Source: an uncultured Acidobacteriota bacterium (GTDB lineage: Bacteria; Acidobacteriota; UBA6911). Taken from it: DNA of 45,088 bases. The DNA lies in NCBI GenBank assembly GCA_963827655.1, contig CAWHCF010000016.1, forward strand, positions 1-45,088. The letters are read 5' to 3'. Position numbers and translations under genes: made by a program. Shown here in pieces: positions 9,617 to 19,565 of the stretch (positions are counted from its first letter, which is position 1; each line of letters begins with the position of its first letter). Under the pieces are notes generated by a model. That model saw only the letters and a program-made list of their open reading frames with translations, did no database searches and was not told where the DNA came from.

Positions 9617-10381
9617 TCACGCGATGGTTGCGCCCCCATCGATAACAATAGTCTGGCCGGTCATCCAGCGGGCGGCGCCAGAGGCCAGAAAGACCGCGGC
9701 GCCGCCGATGTCGTCAGGCTCGCCGATGCGACGCAGCGGCACATGCTTTTCGGCCTGGGAGAGGATCTCAGGATTCTCCCACAGTGTCCGGGCAAAGTCG
9801 GTGCGAACCAGACCTGGCGCAATGCCGTTGACCCTGACGTTTTTCGGACCCCACTCGACCGCCAGATTGCGAACCAGCTGCATGTCCGCCGCCTTTGAGA
9901 TGGCATACATGCCGAGCAACAGCGAGCCTCGCAATCCCGCAATACTTGAGACGATGATGACACTCCCGTCACGCCGCTCCGCCATCTCGGGAATAATCAT
10001 GTTACAGAGCCACAAGTTGCTACGAACGTTGGAATCCATTATCTTGGTAAAAACGTCGTCGGGAACCTGAGAAATCAACCCGTAGTACGGATTGACGGCC
10101 GCATTGCAGACCAGGCAGTCGATCCGTCCATAGTATTTCCGGGTTTGCGCCACCAGTCGTTCCAGATCCTCCCTCTTTCCGATATTACAGGGGATGGGCG
10201 TTGCCTCGAGCCCTTCGTTCAAGATCTGAGAAACAACCTCATCACACAGGTCCTGCTTGCGGCTGGAGATCACCACGCTCGCACCCGCCCGCGCCATGGC
10301 TTCCGCGATCGACCGGCCTATCCCTTTGGTGGATCCCGTCACGACCGCAACTTTACCCTTAAGGTCGAAGGTATTGGGCAT
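9617..10381 (-). CDS. Classical short-chain dehydrogenase/reductase (DHRS4-like)
   Basis: TGSTKGIG Rossmann motif, CNAAVNP, catalytic YAISK, VNGIAPGLVRTDF. Confidence 0.95.
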   Translation of the reverse strand: MPNTFDLKGKVAVVTGSTKGIGRSIAEAMARAGASVVISSRKQDLCDEVVSQILNEGLEATPIPCNIGKREDLERLVAQTRKYYGRIDCLVCNAAVNPYYGLISQVPDDVFTKIMDSNVRSNLWLCNMIIPEMAERRDGSVIIVSSIAGLRGSLLLGMYAISKAADMQLVRNLAVEWGPKNVRVNGIAPGLVRTDFARTLWENPEILSQAEKHVPLRRIGEPDDIGGAAVFLASGAARWMTGQTIVIDGGATIA

Positions 10382-10653
10382 TCAGCTCCTTTCTTTAAGG
10401 GCTCATTATCTTCGGTACTCTCGCAAGATCAACGACAATCAGGTTTATAGTGTCGCCCTGGGTGTCCTGGCGGCAGATCTTGTTTTAATTCCTTCATGAA
10501 TCTCAGGAGTGTGTAAAGTGGTTCACTATGCGCTGAGCGCGTGGCATGGTGCGGCGAACTCTTGTTTCTGGTAAATACTGCGTGTGCGAAACCGCAGAGC
10601 TTTCCGCCGGCCATCGCTGATAGCGAGCGTTAGACGGCTTCGTCACTGACACT

Positions 10654-11439
10654 ATGCCCGATTGGGCTCGCGAATACTTTGAACGAGGCTATGTGCAACG
10701 CTGGGGTCTGCCACCGGTGTCGGACCAGCTTCGGTTGGAGGCTGAGAGCCTGTGGAAACAACTCCTGTTGACGCCGAGATCGCGGGTACTTGACCTTGGT
10801 TGCGGACATGGAAGACATGCGCTGGCGTTGGCACAACGAGGTGCAAAGGTTGTCGGGGTCGACTTCGCCGTCACGCTTTTGACGCGGGCGAAGGACCTTA
10901 CGGCCGATCTTCAGGTTCCGGCTCACTGGCTGCGGGGTGACATCCGGCGACTGCCATTTCGATCCCAGTCGTTTTCTGCCGCCATACTAATCGACGCGTT
11001 CGGATTCTTCGAAACGGATGAAGAGAACGAGACGGTACTGCGCGAGGCAGTTCGCGTACTGGTTCCCGGCGGACGCTTTGGACTGAAGGTCGTGAATGGC
11101 GAGTCTGTTCTCGCCAGCTTTCACGACAAGGATCGTGAAGAGCGCGACGGAGTTATCGTGACGATCTCGCGAAGGCTTACAACGGAACCAGCTCGCATGA
11201 TGGAGAAGCTTACCGTAAGCGGCGTCCGCGGAAACGGCGAGTACGAACGACACCAGCGCCTCTATCGCGTCGAGGAACTGTGTGACGCCCTCGAGCGCGC
11301 GGGACTCACCGGCGTCCGAGTGTTCGCAAGCTCGAATCGCACGGCGTTTGAGCCAGCGACGTCGAAAGCGATGTGGGCATTCGGCCGGCGCGACGATTCT
11401 CCGTCTAACACCCGGCCCGCACCGGGGACCGCGGACTAA
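10654..11439 (+). CDS. Class I SAM-dependent methyltransferase
   Basis: RVLDLGCGHGRHA motif I, VVGVDF, GDIRRLPF, VLVPGGRF. Confidence 0.92.
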   Translation: MPDWAREYFERGYVQRWGLPPVSDQLRLEAESLWKQLLLTPRSRVLDLGCGHGRHALALAQRGAKVVGVDFAVTLLTRAKDLTADLQVPAHWLRGDIRRLPFRSQSFSAAILIDAFGFFETDEENETVLREAVRVLVPGGRFGLKVVNGESVLASFHDKDREERDGVIVTISRRLTTEPARMMEKLTVSGVRGNGEYERHQRLYRVEELCDALERAGLTGVRVFASSNRTAFEPATSKAMWAFGRRDDSPSNTRPAPGTAD

Positions 11440-11496
11440 CCAGGCGAAGCGAAGCTCCCTGTTTTCGGCCGCCGCGGGTGAGCTGGAGCCTTAGAC
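11403..11496 (+). other. attC recombination site (degenerate)
   Basis: 94 bp from GTCTAAC (R'') to CTTAGAC (R' with G>C in the GTT triplet), with internal imperfect arms CCGCACC...ACCGCGG and CCGCGGGTGAGCTGG. Confidence 0.65.
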
Positions 11497-11524
11497 AGCG
11501 CGAGGAATTCTCGGAGGAAACTTC

Positions 11525-11704
11525 ACGAACGAGCACGAACGCATCCTCGAGATCATTCGGACCAAGAACAAGACATCCACCGATCTAGATTCCTCTCGCA
11601 CTGCCCTGATCGTGGTCGACATGCAGCGTTACTTCACACAGCCTTCCTGCCCCTTCACTCAGGTTTTTGACGCCACTCACCGGGTTCGTCGACCGGTTAT
11701 CTGA
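11525..11704 (+). pseudogene. Isochorismatase/cysteine hydrolase N-terminal remnant
   Basis: RBS GGAGG (11513-11517), then ACG where ATG is expected; the frame reads NEHERILEIIRTKNKTSTDLDSSRTALIVVDMQRYF... and stops after 59 codons. Not in the ORF track. Confidence 0.75.
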
Positions 11705-11784
11705 GCGAGCGGACTCAACCACAATAAATCTTTTCGCGGCTGGAAAGCCCGCACACATTTTCATTCGAGCTTGCGTACGAGCGT

Positions 11785-12741
11785 CTATTGTTGTTGCTGC
11801 TGTTCGTAGAGTTCGGCCGCGCGCGGAGCGCGATGCACGACGGGGAGCAGATGAACGCCGGCGAGCAGGTCCTCGTCGGGAAGCGGCTCGTCACCGGCGA
11901 TCACTCTGACCGCCACCGCAAGCTCACTATCGGCAATTCCCTTGAATACGCCCCGGGTGGGAGGCACATCAGCGTAGTCACGGCCGATCGCTGCCCGGAT
12001 GTGACGTTCACCGGCGATGACGTCCATCGTCGGATCGAATCCTACCCAGCCAAGGCCGGGGAGCAGCGCTTCAATCCAGGCGTGAGTTGCATCGGGAGAC
12101 GTGGGCTCACTGTCGGTCGGGAGGCGCGACACGTATCCACTGATGTACCTGCATGGAATGCGCAGGTCACGCACCATGGCGATCATGATGTGGGCAAAGT
12201 CCTGGCACACTCCCTCCCCCTTGCGCAGCGCGTCATCGATGGGCGAGTCGACCCGCGTGCTGTACGGCACGTACGCGAAAGTTTGGTGAATGGCAGTGGT
12301 GAGCTCGCGCAGCAGACTGAGAGGGTCTCCTCTGCGCTCGACCGCAAGCCTTGCCGCAAGCCCCCTCAATAAATCCGACGAGCGCGCAAACTGGCTGGGC
12401 ATCAGCATCTCCCAATAGTCCCCCTCGTCTACCAGGGCGTCGATGCGGCTCCAGGCGTCCGGGTCCAGGCGCTCCGGCAGATCGACCGGCGGCCTGACCT
12501 CGACCAGCGCGCCGGCCGTGAGGGTTATTTCGCTGTGATTCCTGGGAATATCGAAGTGGTGCACGGTGTTTCCCAGGTAGTCCCGATAAGCCATGATCCG
12601 GGCGGCCGGGTCCACCGACAGCCCGAACGACAAACAACGCTGGCTTCCCTCGCTGCGTGGCTGAACGCGCACCTCCATTACACTCTCGGTAATCGGCGCG
12701 CTGTAACGAAATCTCGTAAGATGGCGGATCGAGTAATACAT
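11785..12741 (-). CDS. Transglutaminase-like protein (bacterial transglutaminase N domain plus core)
   Basis: YSIRHLTRFRY N-terminus; triad GVCQDFAH / HAW / FDPT; IGRDYADVPP; poly-Gln C-terminus. Confidence 0.95.
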   Translation of the reverse strand: MYYSIRHLTRFRYSAPITESVMEVRVQPRSEGSQRCLSFGLSVDPAARIMAYRDYLGNTVHHFDIPRNHSEITLTAGALVEVRPPVDLPERLDPDAWSRIDALVDEGDYWEMLMPSQFARSSDLLRGLAARLAVERRGDPLSLLRELTTAIHQTFAYVPYSTRVDSPIDDALRKGEGVCQDFAHIMIAMVRDLRIPCRYISGYVSRLPTDSEPTSPDATHAWIEALLPGLGWVGFDPTMDVIAGERHIRAAIGRDYADVPPTRGVFKGIADSELAVAVRVIAGDEPLPDEDLLAGVHLLPVVHRAPRAAELYEQQQQQ

Positions 12742-12826
12742 CGGGTTAAGAGAATCTCAGGATTCGCGTACAGACTGAACCGAAACATTGTCATAAAAAC
12801 GCAGCTCGGCGATGCCGCAACCAATT

Positions 12827-12948
12827 GAAAAAGCCGATCACGTCCACGTGCACGTCAACGTGGACATTGACGTGGTCGTGCACGTGCTCGTGGTCGGCTG
12901 TTGCGGTTGTTCGGGAAATCGAGTTTCACAACCATCAGCGTCGACGGT
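12827..12948 (+). repeat. ~120-bp dispersed element with CACGTN hexamer core, copy 1
   Basis: GAAAAAGCCGATCACGTCCACGTGCACGTCAACGTG...GTGCACGTGCTCG...CTGTTGCGGTTGTTCG...TCACAACCA aligns with the reverse complement of 37822-37938. Confidence 0.85.
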
Positions 12949-13051
12949 GCGAAACTGAGTCCCCGCCTTCACGGGTGGGGCCATTGACTGCTACTGTCTG
13001 AATCGCAGCCTCCTGGCATTCACTCCCGTGACGCGGCCTTTGTTTTCGCAT
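12947..13051. repeat. REPIN-like element
   Basis: Terminal inverted GTGCGAAA...TTTCGCAT with internal GC hairpin CCCCGCC-TTCACG-GGTGGGG (12961-12980). Confidence 0.55.
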
Positions 13052-13055
13052 AGAT

Positions 13056-14018
13056 CTAAGACGCAATGGCGGTCGCGATCGGGTAACCGATGTAGATCTG
13101 ATAAATCTCTTTATGTATTTGCGCGCACTGGCGCTCCACGCCTTCGAGGTAAGCGTGCAACCCCGCCGCCATGATTTCGTCGATCTGGCTGAAGCTCAGC
13201 TGTGACTGCAGACGGCCTGCCAGCCGCTCGAGCCGCTCGGCGCTGCGAGTCAACGTTGAGGCGGCAATCGCCTTCAGCGCCCCGATTACCCTGTCGATCG
13301 AAAAGCGCAGCGAGTGAGGGAATTCGGGGTTCAGCAACAAGAAACTGGCGATGCGATCCGAACGAAGATCCGCGGTGTAGACTTTGCAATACGCCTCAAA
13401 GGCGGTAAGGCACTTCAAGAGTCCGACCCACTCCAGGTAATCATCCCGCGCCAAAACCTCATCCCGCGCATCGATGTACCTGCTGAAGTGGACATCGATC
13501 AGCGCGGCGATCAATCCGGCGCGCTCGATCGAGCGTCCCGCCTGGATGAACTGCCATCCCTCGCCATGATTCATGGTCGAATCGGTGATGCCTTGAAAGA
13601 GGTGGGCGCCCTCTTTGACCGACCTGAAGAACTCGTGAGGCTGGGCCTTCCAGACCTCTTCGCTGCTGGCGCTCTTGACGTAAAGATAGAGCCGGTTGAT
13701 CTGTTCCCACATCTCCGAGCTGGTTTGCTCGCGCACATACCGCGCATTTTCGCGCGCGGCTGCAATCGAAGCTGCAATCGAGGAACTATTAGACAGCTCA
13801 AAGGTCAGGGTCCGGGCCGCCGTATGGATATCTCCCACAAGGATGGCCTGACTCGGAATGAAGAGACTCGCCAGCAGCCTCTTCCAGCGCTGCTCGGCCG
13901 ATCCCAGAGATTGATCGAGCATCAGGAAAAGCTGGACATCGAGCAGGCGGCAGGTGTGCTCCGCCCGCTCCAGGTAGCGACTCATCCAGTAAAGGTTGTC
14001 CGCAACTCGAGACAGCAT
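13056..14018 (-). CDS. Alpha-E domain protein (DUF403)
   Basis: MLSRVADNLYWMSRYLERAE, AARENAR...SSEMWEQIN, second ER motif GRSIERA, FLLLNPEFPHSL. Confidence 0.95.
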   Translation of the reverse strand: MLSRVADNLYWMSRYLERAEHTCRLLDVQLFLMLDQSLGSAEQRWKRLLASLFIPSQAILVGDIHTAARTLTFELSNSSSIAASIAAARENARYVREQTSSEMWEQINRLYLYVKSASSEEVWKAQPHEFFRSVKEGAHLFQGITDSTMNHGEGWQFIQAGRSIERAGLIAALIDVHFSRYIDARDEVLARDDYLEWVGLLKCLTAFEAYCKVYTADLRSDRIASFLLLNPEFPHSLRFSIDRVIGALKAIAASTLTRSAERLERLAGRLQSQLSFSQIDEIMAAGLHAYLEGVERQCAQIHKEIYQIYIGYPIATAIAS

Positions 14019-14092
14019 CAGACCGCCAAGACGCTCTAACCAATACCACTAAGACTCAAAGACACGAAGAAACGCCAAGAATCGCTGTCTAC

Positions 14093-15562
14093 TCAGTCTA
14101 ACACCCAGGTATCCTTGCTTCCGCCCCCCTGGGAAGAATTGACAACCAGCGATCCGCGCTGAAGCGCCACCCGCGTCAAACCTCCGGGGACGATCACGAA
14201 TTCCTCTCCGCGCAAGATGTATGGGCGCAGATCCACATGGCGCGCTTCGACCTGTCCGTCCACGAAGCACGGGGCGCGCGAAAGCATAAGAGTCGGCTGG
14301 GCGATGTAGTTACGCGGATCGGCGACGATGCGGCGCCGGAATTCCTCCCTCTGGCTTGCGCTGCTGTGCGGCCCAATCAGCATGCCGTAGCCGCCCGACT
14401 CGCCGACGGCCTTGACCACCAGTTCTTCGAGATGCTCAAGGACGTAGCGCCGCTGCGATTCATCGGCGAGGAGGTAGGTTTCGACGTTCGGCAGAATCGG
14501 CTCTTCGCTAAGATAGTAGCGAATCATCGCGGGCACAAAGGCATAAATTGCTTTGTCGTCCGCTATGCCGTTTCCCAGCGCGTTTGCCAGCGCCACGTTA
14601 CCGGCGCGGTACGCATTGAAAAGACCGGGCACGCCAAGGTGCGTGTCCGGGCGAAAGCCGAGAGGATCTATGAAATCGTCCTCGATCCGGCGGTAGATGA
14701 CGTCGACGCGCCGCAGCCCCGCGGTCGTCCGCATGTAAACGAAGTTCTCGTGCGCAACCAGATCGCGCCCCTCGACCAGTTCGATTCCCATCTGGTGGGC
14801 AAGATAGGCGTGCTCGAAATAGGCGGAGTTAAAGACCCCCGGGGTGAGCAGAACGACCGTGGGATCGCCGCGTTGCCCGGGAGCAAGCGCCTTCAAAGCC
14901 GCCAGCAGCGCCTGGCCATAGTGATCGATCGGGCGCACGCCGTAGTTTTCAAAAAGGTTGGGAAAGACGCGCTTCATCACCTGGCGATTCGCCAGCATGT
15001 ACGACACTCCGCTGGGCACCCGCAGGTTGTCTTCCAGTACGGCGAATCGACCATCAGCCAGCCGCACCAGGTCCGTGCCGACTACGGAGATGTAGATGTC
15101 GCGCGGAACGTGGAGGCCCCGCATCTCGCGCCGGAAATGCCGGCAGGTATAGACCAGCCCACGTGGGATGACACGATCGGCCAGGATGCGTCCATCGTGG
15201 TATACATCCTTGAGAAACATGTTGAGCGCCGTGATCCGCTGAATCAATCCGCGCTCGATGACTTGCCATTCGGAGCTGGTAATAATACGCGGCAGCAGGT
15301 CGTACGGAAATATGCGCTCGGTTCCCTCATCGCGTCCGTAGACCGTAAATGTGATCCCCTGATGGAGAAACGACAGATCCGCCGCCTGCTGCCGGCCGCG
15401 CAGCTGCTCCGCCGGCAACTCGAGCAACCGCCTGTAGAGCTCCTCGTAATGAGCTCGCGGCGCATCGACGCCTTCAAACATCTCGTCATAAGCCGCGTCG
15501 AGCTGATACGTTGCGAACGGCGGGTGAAATCCATGCAGCGCGCGCGTGTCAGGGCTGGTCAT
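14093..15562 (-). CDS. Circularly permuted type 2 ATP-grasp protein
   Basis: [54 protein letters not shown]...[15 protein letters not shown]. Confidence 0.96.
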   Translation of the reverse strand: MTSPDTRALHGFHPPFATYQLDAAYDEMFEGVDAPRAHYEELYRRLLELPAEQLRGRQQAADLSFLHQGITFTVYGRDEGTERIFPYDLLPRIITSSEWQVIERGLIQRITALNMFLKDVYHDGRILADRVIPRGLVYTCRHFRREMRGLHVPRDIYISVVGTDLVRLADGRFAVLEDNLRVPSGVSYMLANRQVMKRVFPNLFENYGVRPIDHYGQALLAALKALAPGQRGDPTVVLLTPGVFNSAYFEHAYLAHQMGIELVEGRDLVAHENFVYMRTTAGLRRVDVIYRRIEDDFIDPLGFRPDTHLGVPGLFNAYRAGNVALANALGNGIADDKAIYAFVPAMIRYYLSEEPILPNVETYLLADESQRRYVLEHLEELVVKAVGESGGYGMLIGPHSSASQREEFRRRIVADPRNYIAQPTLMLSRAPCFVDGQVEARHVDLRPYILRGEEFVIVPGGLTRVALQRGSLVVNSSQGGGSKDTWVLD

Positions 15563-15829
15563 ACACTTGTTCCGTACCCAAGTTGACGTGCGGGTTATCG
15601 TACCGTTGGGGAAGGTACGGTGTCAAACCACCGCTCGTCAAGTGATGGCATCAAGGAAATCATCATATCGTCACAGGAAAGATTTCCCGACACCCCCCGG
15701 GTCTGCTCCGACACGGACAAGGTCGACCTTGGGGGTAATTGCCTCAACCCACAGGCGATATCGAAGGGCGAGTGACATGGCATACGGATTGCTCTAAAAG
15801 GCGCTGTCATTTCCTGGTCTGTGAATACG

Positions 15830-16954
15830 ATGCCGCGCATCCCTTCGAAACAATCGCTCCGGGAATTTCTGGATCCCTTGTGGCGCAAACGATGGGGTTG
15901 GAGATTTCTCCTGCTCTGGGAGCGCTTCCTTATAGTCGCCGGCATCCTGGCCCTGGGGAGCTATGCGGCGTCTGCGATCCATTCCAGTTTTTACCAGGCG
16001 TATGATCACTGGGCCTTCAACCAGGCACTGAAGGGAGAGCCCTTTTCCATAGGCGGCTTCCTCGGTCACCTGGCCTTACCCTCGAAGAAGGATCCCTCGC
16101 CTCAGGCGCCTCCCGAGATCAAGCAACCCGTCCTTCCCAGACAGGAGCCTGCTTTTCAAGAGGAAGCTCCCGACCAGCACGGGTGGTCCATCAAGCGCGT
16201 GCGCGCCTATGAAGAAAGTGTTGGTTCCGACACCATTGAACCCATCGCCAGGCTTGAGATACCTGCGATTGACCTTTCGGTCATGGTTCTCGAGGGAACC
16301 GACGAGCTGACCCTGAACCGCGCGGTCGGTCGCATCGAGGGAACCGCACTGCCGGGAGAGCCGGGCAACTTGGGCATTGCCGGCCACAGGGACAGTTTTT
16401 TTCGAGGGCTGAAGGATCTTTCCAAAGAGGACCTCGTTACGGTCACAACTCTGAGCGGAGTCTATCAATATCGCGTGGATGACATTCAAATCGTCAAGCC
16501 CACCGATCTGCGCGTGCTGAAAGACTCCTCTTCCCCTACCCTCACCCTCGTTACCTGTTATCCCTTCTACTACGTGGGTGACGCGCCCAAGCGATTTATC
16601 GTCAAAGCCCGTCTCGATTCGCCGGGTGAAACGTCTCCAGCTGCATCCGTGCAGACCGCTTCGCTGATTCCTACCACGCCTCGCGGGAACACAGCGCTAC
16701 GCACACCGGAAAGACCGGCGGGCGCTGCTTCCATGCGAGTCCCGCCAAAATCCCGGCCGGCGTCGCGTGTGAACAAAGCGGGAGGTCGAAAAAGCGGAGT
16801 GAAGGCGGGCAAGAGTTCTCAATCGATGCGCAAAGCGTCGTCCAGCAAGACTGTTACCCGCCAGCCATTCCCAAGGCGCCTCGGACGTGGAGTCGTCAAG
16901 GCCGTCAAGAGTCCCTTCAAGCTCTTCAAACCCCGCAATCGCCCCGCGTCATAA
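15830..16954 (+). CDS. Class D sortase with basic low-complexity C-terminal extension
   Basis: N-terminal TM; ARLEIPAIDL, GNLGIAGHRDSFF (His), LTLVTCYPF (Cys), APKRFIV (Arg). Confidence 0.92.
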   Translation: MPRIPSKQSLREFLDPLWRKRWGWRFLLLWERFLIVAGILALGSYAASAIHSSFYQAYDHWAFNQALKGEPFSIGGFLGHLALPSKKDPSPQAPPEIKQPVLPRQEPAFQEEAPDQHGWSIKRVRAYEESVGSDTIEPIARLEIPAIDLSVMVLEGTDELTLNRAVGRIEGTALPGEPGNLGIAGHRDSFFRGLKDLSKEDLVTVTTLSGVYQYRVDDIQIVKPTDLRVLKDSSSPTLTLVTCYPFYYVGDAPKRFIVKARLDSPGETSPAASVQTASLIPTTPRGNTALRTPERPAGAASMRVPPKSRPASRVNKAGGRKSGVKAGKSSQSMRKASSSKTVTRQPFPRRLGRGVVKAVKSPFKLFKPRNRPAS

Positions 16955-17064
16955 AAGCCTGACCGCGAAGACACGAAGGCACCAGATAGTTGGCAGGAGT
17001 CTTTGCGTCCTGGAGGCTTTGCGGTTATTCTACGAACCCGAACACCACAGAGGATTGACCGACG

Positions 17065-19504
17065 ATGTCTCTCGGAAACCGGGCTAAGGCCTGCGCTATT
17101 GCGTCATTGCTCATTCTGTTTTCGACCGGCCCGAGCGGCGCCGTTCAGGTCCGGCAGGACTCAGTCGACTTGACCCATGCCGTCGTGGTCTCGCCTCCGG
17201 ATCTCACCGGGCGAGAAAAAAAGGCCCTGGCGATGCTCGTCGAAGAGGTAGAAGAGCGGAGCCAGATCCGATGGCGTACCAGCGAGTCGTGGCCCCCGGG
17301 ATCAACCGCCGTTATTGCAATCGGCACGGCAAGCTCTCTCAGTCGCTTTGCAGCGGCTGCGCAGCAGCCTAAAGCCGATCGCGGGCCGGCCGGAGCTGAA
17401 GGATTTCGCATCCGGATCGAAAGAAACCGTCCTGCTCCTGCGGTTTTCGTGATCGGGAACGATTCCCGGGGAGTGCTCTTCGGAGTGGGGCGCCTGCTCC
17501 GGGAACTGCGCATGACCCGAGGAAGCGTTCGCATTCCGGACGGCCTGGATCTCGCCACGGCTCCCAAGACCGCTCTGCGCGGGCACCAGCTGGGCTATCG
17601 ACCCAAGACCAATTCCTACGACGGCTGGTCACTGCCGGTGTGGGAACAGTACATTCGTGACCTTGCGGTCTTCGGCACCAATGCCATCGAACTGATCCCG
17701 CCCCGTTCCGATGATGCGGCAGACAGCCCGCATTTCCCTCTGCCCCCGATGGAAATGATGAAACGGATGTCACAGCTGCTGGACGACTATGGCCTCGATG
17801 TCTGGATCTGGTACCCCGCAATGGACCGTGATTACTCCGATCCCAAGACCGTCGACTTTGCCTTGAACGAGTGGGGAGAAGTCTTCAAGCAGCTGCCCCG
17901 CATCGATGCCATATTCGTCCCGGGAGGCGATCCGGGTCATACGCAACCGAAACACCTGATGGCGCTGCTGGAAAAACAGACTCAGGCGCTGCGGCGTTAT
18001 CACCCGAAGGCGCAGATGTGGGTCTCGCCTCAAAGCTTCAGCCAGGCCTGGATGGATGAATTCATCGACATCCTGAAAACCGGGCAACCCTCATGGCTGA
18101 CCGGCGTCGTATTCGGTCCGCAGATCCGCCTCTCCCTTCCCCAGCTCAGAGCCCTGGTTCCCACGAAGTACCCCATTCGTGACTATCCTGACATCACCCA
18201 CAGCCGGCAGTGCCAGTATCCGGTTCCGGACTGGGACATGGCCTATGCCATCACCGAGGCGCGCGAGATCATCAACCCGCGCCCTCTCGGCCAGGCACGA
18301 ATATTCCGGCTGTTCCAGGAGCATACCAATGGTTTTCTCACGTACTCCGAAGGGTGCAACGACGATGTCAACAAGATCGTCTGGAGCGCGCTGGGCTGGG
18401 ATCCGAACACGGATGTGGTCGAGACCTTAAGAGAGTACAGCCGCTACTTCATCGGAGAGCGTTACGTTGACGACTACGCGCAGGGACTCCTGGCGCTCGA
18501 AAAGAATTGGGAAGGCGTGCTCGTTAACAGCGGACAGGTTCATACCACGCTGCAGCAGTTTCAATCGATGGAGCAGAAGGCGACGCCCCAGGAGCTGCTC
18601 AACTGGCGTTTCCAGCAAACGCTCTACCGGGCCTATTACGACGCCTATACGCGGAGCCGCCTGCTCCACGAAACCGCGCTGGAAGAAAGCGCCATGAACG
18701 CGTTGCGCTACGCTCCGAAGACCGGATCGCTGAAGGCCATGCGCGATGCTGAAGCCATTCTGGCGCGGGCTGTCATGCAACCGGTTTCACAAGACTGGCG
18801 GGCACGGATTTTCGAGCTGGCTGAAGCCTTGTTCCAGAGCATTCGTATGCAATTGAGTGTGTCGCGCTACAAAGCCATAGCGGTCGGAAGAGGCGCCAAT
18901 CTGGACACGCTCGACATGCCCCTTAATAGCCGCACATGGCTCGAGCGCCAATTTGACGAGCTGCGCCGGCGCGAACAGGAACAGGAACGGTTGAGCGGCA
19001 TTGAGGCTATCGTCAACAGGACGAATCCGGGTCCGGGCGGCTTCTACGATGATCTGGGCAATCCTCAACGACAACCTCACCTCGTGCGCGGCGCTGGTTT
19101 CGAGAAGGACCCGGCATTCCTCGAATCGGCGCTGGTCGGGATTCGCATACCGGCCTGACGGACCCACTTCGTGGTGGACTTACGCGGAAGCGCTGAATGA
19201 TGCGCCGCTGCGGATGCGCTACACCGGTCTGGATCCGTCGTCCCGTTACAGGATCCGCATCGTGTATGCTGTGGAGAGCCCGGCGCCTGAGATTCGTCTG
19301 GTTGCAGACGAAAAAATCGAAATCCATCCGTTTATCAAGAGAGAGAATCCGCCCCGTCCGGTGGAGTTCGATATTCCCGCCCCGGCCACACGCGATGGCG
19401 AGCTGAACTTGAGCTGGTATCGGACGCCAGGCCTGGGCGGCAACGGACGCGGTTGCCAGGTCGCCGAGGTGTGGCTCATCAAAACGCAAGCGAAAGAGCA
19501 GTAG
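17065..19504 (+). CDS. Secreted glycoside-hydrolase-like protein (GH20/GH67 N-terminal-like domain, putative catalytic barrel, C-terminal beta-sandwich); frameshift near 19140
   Basis: Signal peptide; AEGFRIR...VIGNDSRGVLFGVGRLLR...APKTALRG pattern typical of GH20b/GH67N; continues in ORF 19001-19504 (YRIRIVY...VAEVWL). Confidence 0.7.
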
Positions 19505-19565
19505 GCAGTAAGTCGGGGGTTGCGCACTGCCTCATTTGATTATTGCGTTTCGTGGTAAAAAATTG

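Larger units (their letters stand above)
10629..11496 (+). mobile_element. Integron-type gene cassette (methyltransferase plus attC); no integrase in window
   Basis: Upstream core site GTTAGACGG (10629-10637) is the exact reverse complement of CCGTCTAAC (11401-11409) at the gene end; the gene starts 25 bp after the core site. Confidence 0.7.

Noticed and set aside
14237-15586. 449-aa plus-strand ORF
   Set aside because: Antisense to the well-conserved CP-ATP-grasp gene; no motifs; typical high-GC shadow ORF.
15563-15829. Riboswitch or ncRNA in the divergent intergenic region
   Set aside because: Only weak hairpins; no recognisable RNA family motif.
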